In this document: positions 52,508-54,379 of the stretch, in pieces
Position numbering within the stretch: position 1 is the stretch's first letter
Layout: every line of letters starts with the position of its first letter
Virus record (IMG/VR): IMGVR_UViG_3300011625_000001
Coordinates: 1 to 54,379 of that record
Reading direction: 5' to 3' (one strand)
Length of the DNA: 54,379 nt
Origin: a virus
Notes under the pieces: generated by a model
Told to the model about the DNA's origin: nothing
The model's database searches: none
What the model saw: the letters and a program-made list of their open reading frames with translations, nothing else
Position numbers and translations under genes: made by a program

Positions 52508-52575
52508 TTTGCGTTCATTTGCGTTCACGAAAAATGAACGCAAAATTTGAGAGAAGTGAGCGAGTTTTGAGAGAA
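52508..52575. repeat. Cluster of short direct and inverted repeats
   Basis: TTTGCGTTCA at 52508-52517 and 52518-52527, inverted copy TGAACGCAAA at 52535-52544. TTTGAGAGAA at 52546-52555 and 52566-52575. Confidence 0.6.
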
Positions 52576-52641
52576 AGAATGAGAGAGCGAAAACGCTGTA
52601 ACCCTTATATATCAGCCGGGAGCCATAAGGATAGCAGACGT

Positions 52642-52674
52642 AAAAAAGCCGCCGATAGGAGTAATATCGGCGGC
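52642..52674 (-). terminator. Strong minus-strand terminator ~230 nt downstream of int
   Basis: Perfect 10-bp stem GCCGCCGATA/TATCGGCGGC, followed on the minus strand by UUUUUU. Confidence 0.75.
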
Positions 52675-52905
52675 GATTGTGGAGCAATACCTTAGTACAA
52701 CTTTACGGGTATCAGTCGGATGACTCATGTGATGAGAATAGCCTGTAAGGAGTCACACATCATCTGCCAGTGTTTTTGCATGTCGTAGCACCGCTGGTCT
52801 GACTACGTCCGCTCTATCTGGAAGCCCAGCCCTAGCGACTAGGGATTACACCTCAAAGAATATATCAGGTAATACAAAATAGTATAACATAACAATAATT
52901 GTTAG

Positions 52906-54162
52906 CTAGTAAATCTTGTACAACCTCTCGATAACTTCCTCTTGTGACATGCCAGCCTCATTAAAAATAAACTCTTCAATATCGTTCATTGCAGTACGCA
53001 GTCTTTTTTGACTGACTTGAATGTACTGCAATGTCACATCGTCAGACGCTTTCGATGTTCGATGATTCATCAAGCGCTTGATAACCGATATATTTAAATT
53101 AAGAATATCGCCAATGGTCGAGAAGGTCCGGCGTAGATCGTGCGGCGTGATACAAATGCCAGCTGCATCACCAATATTTCTATACTGCCTTGATATGTCA
53201 GTCAGATTTCCATCATGCTCAGTCAAGCGAGAAGGGAATACCCAAGGTTCATTTTTTCGGTAGTGGTGACGATGCCCCATCATTGCGCACATGACTTTAC
53301 CCAATGGCACATGCAAGGTATCACCATTTTTAGTCTCATGAATAGTCATAGTACCGTGTTTTAAATCAATAAAATCCCATCTTAATGTGTAACCTTCGCT
53401 GGCACGTATGCCGGTGCACAGAAATAGCAGCATGATATCGCGTGCATTATTACTATGAGGCTGCATGTTATGAAAATCCTCACTCTTAAAATCAGTGAGT
53501 ACGCGCACATAGTTGCCCATCGTATCTTCATTGAGATAAGTCGTGCGAGGCTTAACCGTGTTCCACAATTTTTTGGCTGTCAGTATCTCAACCGGACTTA
53601 GCTTAATAATAGGAGATTCGGAATTGTCTAAAAAGCTTAGCCTAGCAAAATTCCACACGGCATTAAGGGCTCTAAAAGTGGCATTGGCTTGTGACGGGCT
53701 CAACTTGGTAAGCTCTAAATGCTTTTCGGTGACATTGCTTTGCATGATCTCGTTCATCGACCTATCTTGCCATTCTGCCAACTTGCCCGGTATCTGCCGA
53801 TTATAGGTGTTGATAGTCGACTGCTTCAGTCCCGGCTTATGAGTAATATAATATTCATAAGCTTCACCAAGTGTGGGAACTATCACGTCTTTCATATCAT
53901 CATTGAATGGATCACGGCCTTGCATCAATTCACTAATGATAGACATGGCTTGCTCGCGTGCATCCTGCAAAGTCATGACTGAGCAATCACCGATAGACTT
54001 ACGGATCATCTTTCCGCCAATCCGCTTGCTAATCATGTAGCTTTTATTTGTCTTATTGGTACGCACGGCAAAACCGTTGACCAACTCATCTTGGATGATA
54101 TCCGCTTTATCAGAGTATTCAAGCGCGTCTATAAAGCGCTTGGTTAGTTTAACCCGTGCCAT
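52906..54162 (-). CDS. int: P4-type tyrosine integrase
   Basis: Likely start MARVKLTKRFIDAL (ATG at 54162). N-terminal arm-binding domain pattern (VNGFAVRTNKTNKSYMISKRIGGKMIRKSIG...LQDAREQA). C-terminal HDLRRTF and LMNH catalytic motifs. Adjacent to the tRNA att site. Confidence 0.9.
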   Translation of the reverse strand: MARVKLTKRFIDALEYSDKADIIQDELVNGFAVRTNKTNKSYMISKRIGGKMIRKSIGDCSVMTLQDAREQAMSIISELMQGRDPFNDDMKDVIVPTLGEAYEYYITHKPGLKQSTINTYNRQIPGKLAEWQDRSMNEIMQSNVTEKHLELTKLSPSQANATFRALNAVWNFARLSFLDNSESPIIKLSPVEILTAKKLWNTVKPRTTYLNEDTMGNYVRVLTDFKSEDFHNMQPHSNNARDIMLLFLCTGIRASEGYTLRWDFIDLKHGTMTIHETKNGDTLHVPLGKVMCAMMGHRHHYRKNEPWVFPSRLTEHDGNLTDISRQYRNIGDAAGICITPHDLRRTFSTIGDILNLNISVIKRLMNHRTSKASDDVTLQYIQVSQKRLRTAMNDIEEFIFNEAGMSQEEVIERLYKIY

Positions 54163-54293
54163 TTTAGCCTGCCTATTCCGTATATTTACTTGGGTATCAT
54201 AGCCGATAAGCGAGATTATAAGAAGTGCCCACAAAGTGCCCATACAGGGGTTTATCGTACACTACAGCAAGCCAGCCAAAAACATTAGGCAAC

Positions 54294-54327
54294 AAAAAAC
54301 CCCGTAAACAGTGCGTTTGCGGGGTTT
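54294..54327 (-). terminator. Minus-strand terminator between the tRNA 3' end and int
   Basis: 10-bp stem (54300-54309/54315-54324), followed on the minus strand by UUUUUU (54299-54294). Begins 6 nt after the tRNA CCA end. Confidence 0.65.
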
Positions 54328-54332
54328 AAATA

Positions 54333-54379
54333 TGGTGGGCCCAGTAGGACTTGAACCTACGACCAAAGGATTATGAGTC
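54333..54379 (-). tRNA. 3' part of a tRNA with CAU anticodon (Met or Ile2), truncated by the window edge
   Basis: The reverse complement reads GACTCATAATCCTTTGGTCGTAGGTTCAAGTCCTACTGGGCCCACCA. It contains anticodon loop CTCATAA, T-stem GTAGG/CCTAC, T-loop TTCAAGT and an encoded CCA. The 5' half lies beyond 54379. Confidence 0.75.

Larger units (their letters stand above)
1..54379. mobile_element. Complete integrated temperate phage (prophage) bounded by 47-bp direct repeats at a tRNA(CAU) gene
   Basis: Identical 47-nt TGGTGGGCCCAGTAGGACTTGAACCTACGACCAAAGGATTATGAGTC at 1-47 and 54333-54379. Integrase lies next to the right copy and an excisionase-like HTH next to the left copy. Lysogeny, replication, packaging, head, tail and lysis modules lie in between. 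Confidence 0.9.

Noticed and set aside
52495-52695. 66-aa plus-strand ORF (and 52505-52687 minus)
   Set aside because: It starts with a non-ATG codon inside a terminator stem and spans the repeat cluster. Its Arg/Lys/Glu-rich product is derived from the purine-rich repeats.
52869-52877. GGTAATACA motif near the int stop as an additional arm-type site matching those at 61-162
   Set aside because: It is a single short match 1.4 kb from the att core and is probably coincidental.

Overview
The window is one complete temperate phage genome of about 54.3 kb, integrated into a tRNA(CAU) gene. Identical 47-bp att repeats lie at 1-47 and 54333-54379. A P4-type tyrosine integrase sits next to the right repeat and an excisionase-like HTH gene next to the left repeat. 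The regulatory layout is lambdoid. A cI-like S24 repressor (9354-10094, -) diverges from cro (10210-10419, +) across three 18-bp operators, and the same operator recurs at a PL-like promoter (5756-5784). The early-left operon (minus strand) carries a Sak4-like ATPase, a DUF669-type SSB with a host-SSB C-terminal tip, an HNH nuclease, an ExoX-like exonuclease and small ORFs. The early-right operon carries a cII-like gene, a Rha/Ant antirepressor, an O-like initiator with five in-gene iterons, a lambda-P-like gene, a RuvC-like resolvase, a dNMP-kinase fusion and a Q-like protein. A late leader and terminator follow. The late region encodes terminase, a Gp49-DUF2829 (Tad2-like) fusion, portal, an acidic scaffold, an N4-type major capsid protein and an embedded lysis cassette. 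It continues with a 642-aa tail protein, a highly repetitive 1880-aa fibre, ejection proteins including a 3363-aa polyvalent protein (HExxH, PLxRFG), and a small secreted Cys-bracketed protein. There are two main leads. (1) A visibly AT-rich two-gene island (6001-8696) sits in the lambda rexAB-equivalent slot. It pairs an OLD-like ATPase-TOPRIM protein with a Dam-class adenine methyltransferase, has its own promoter and is closed by three tandem terminators. I read it as a candidate uncharacterised defence system. (2) A stem-closed intergenic element of about 94 nt (2486-2579, minus strand) has a core that closely resembles 16S rRNA helices h11-h12. All family assignments come from motif recognition by eye and memory, not from searches.
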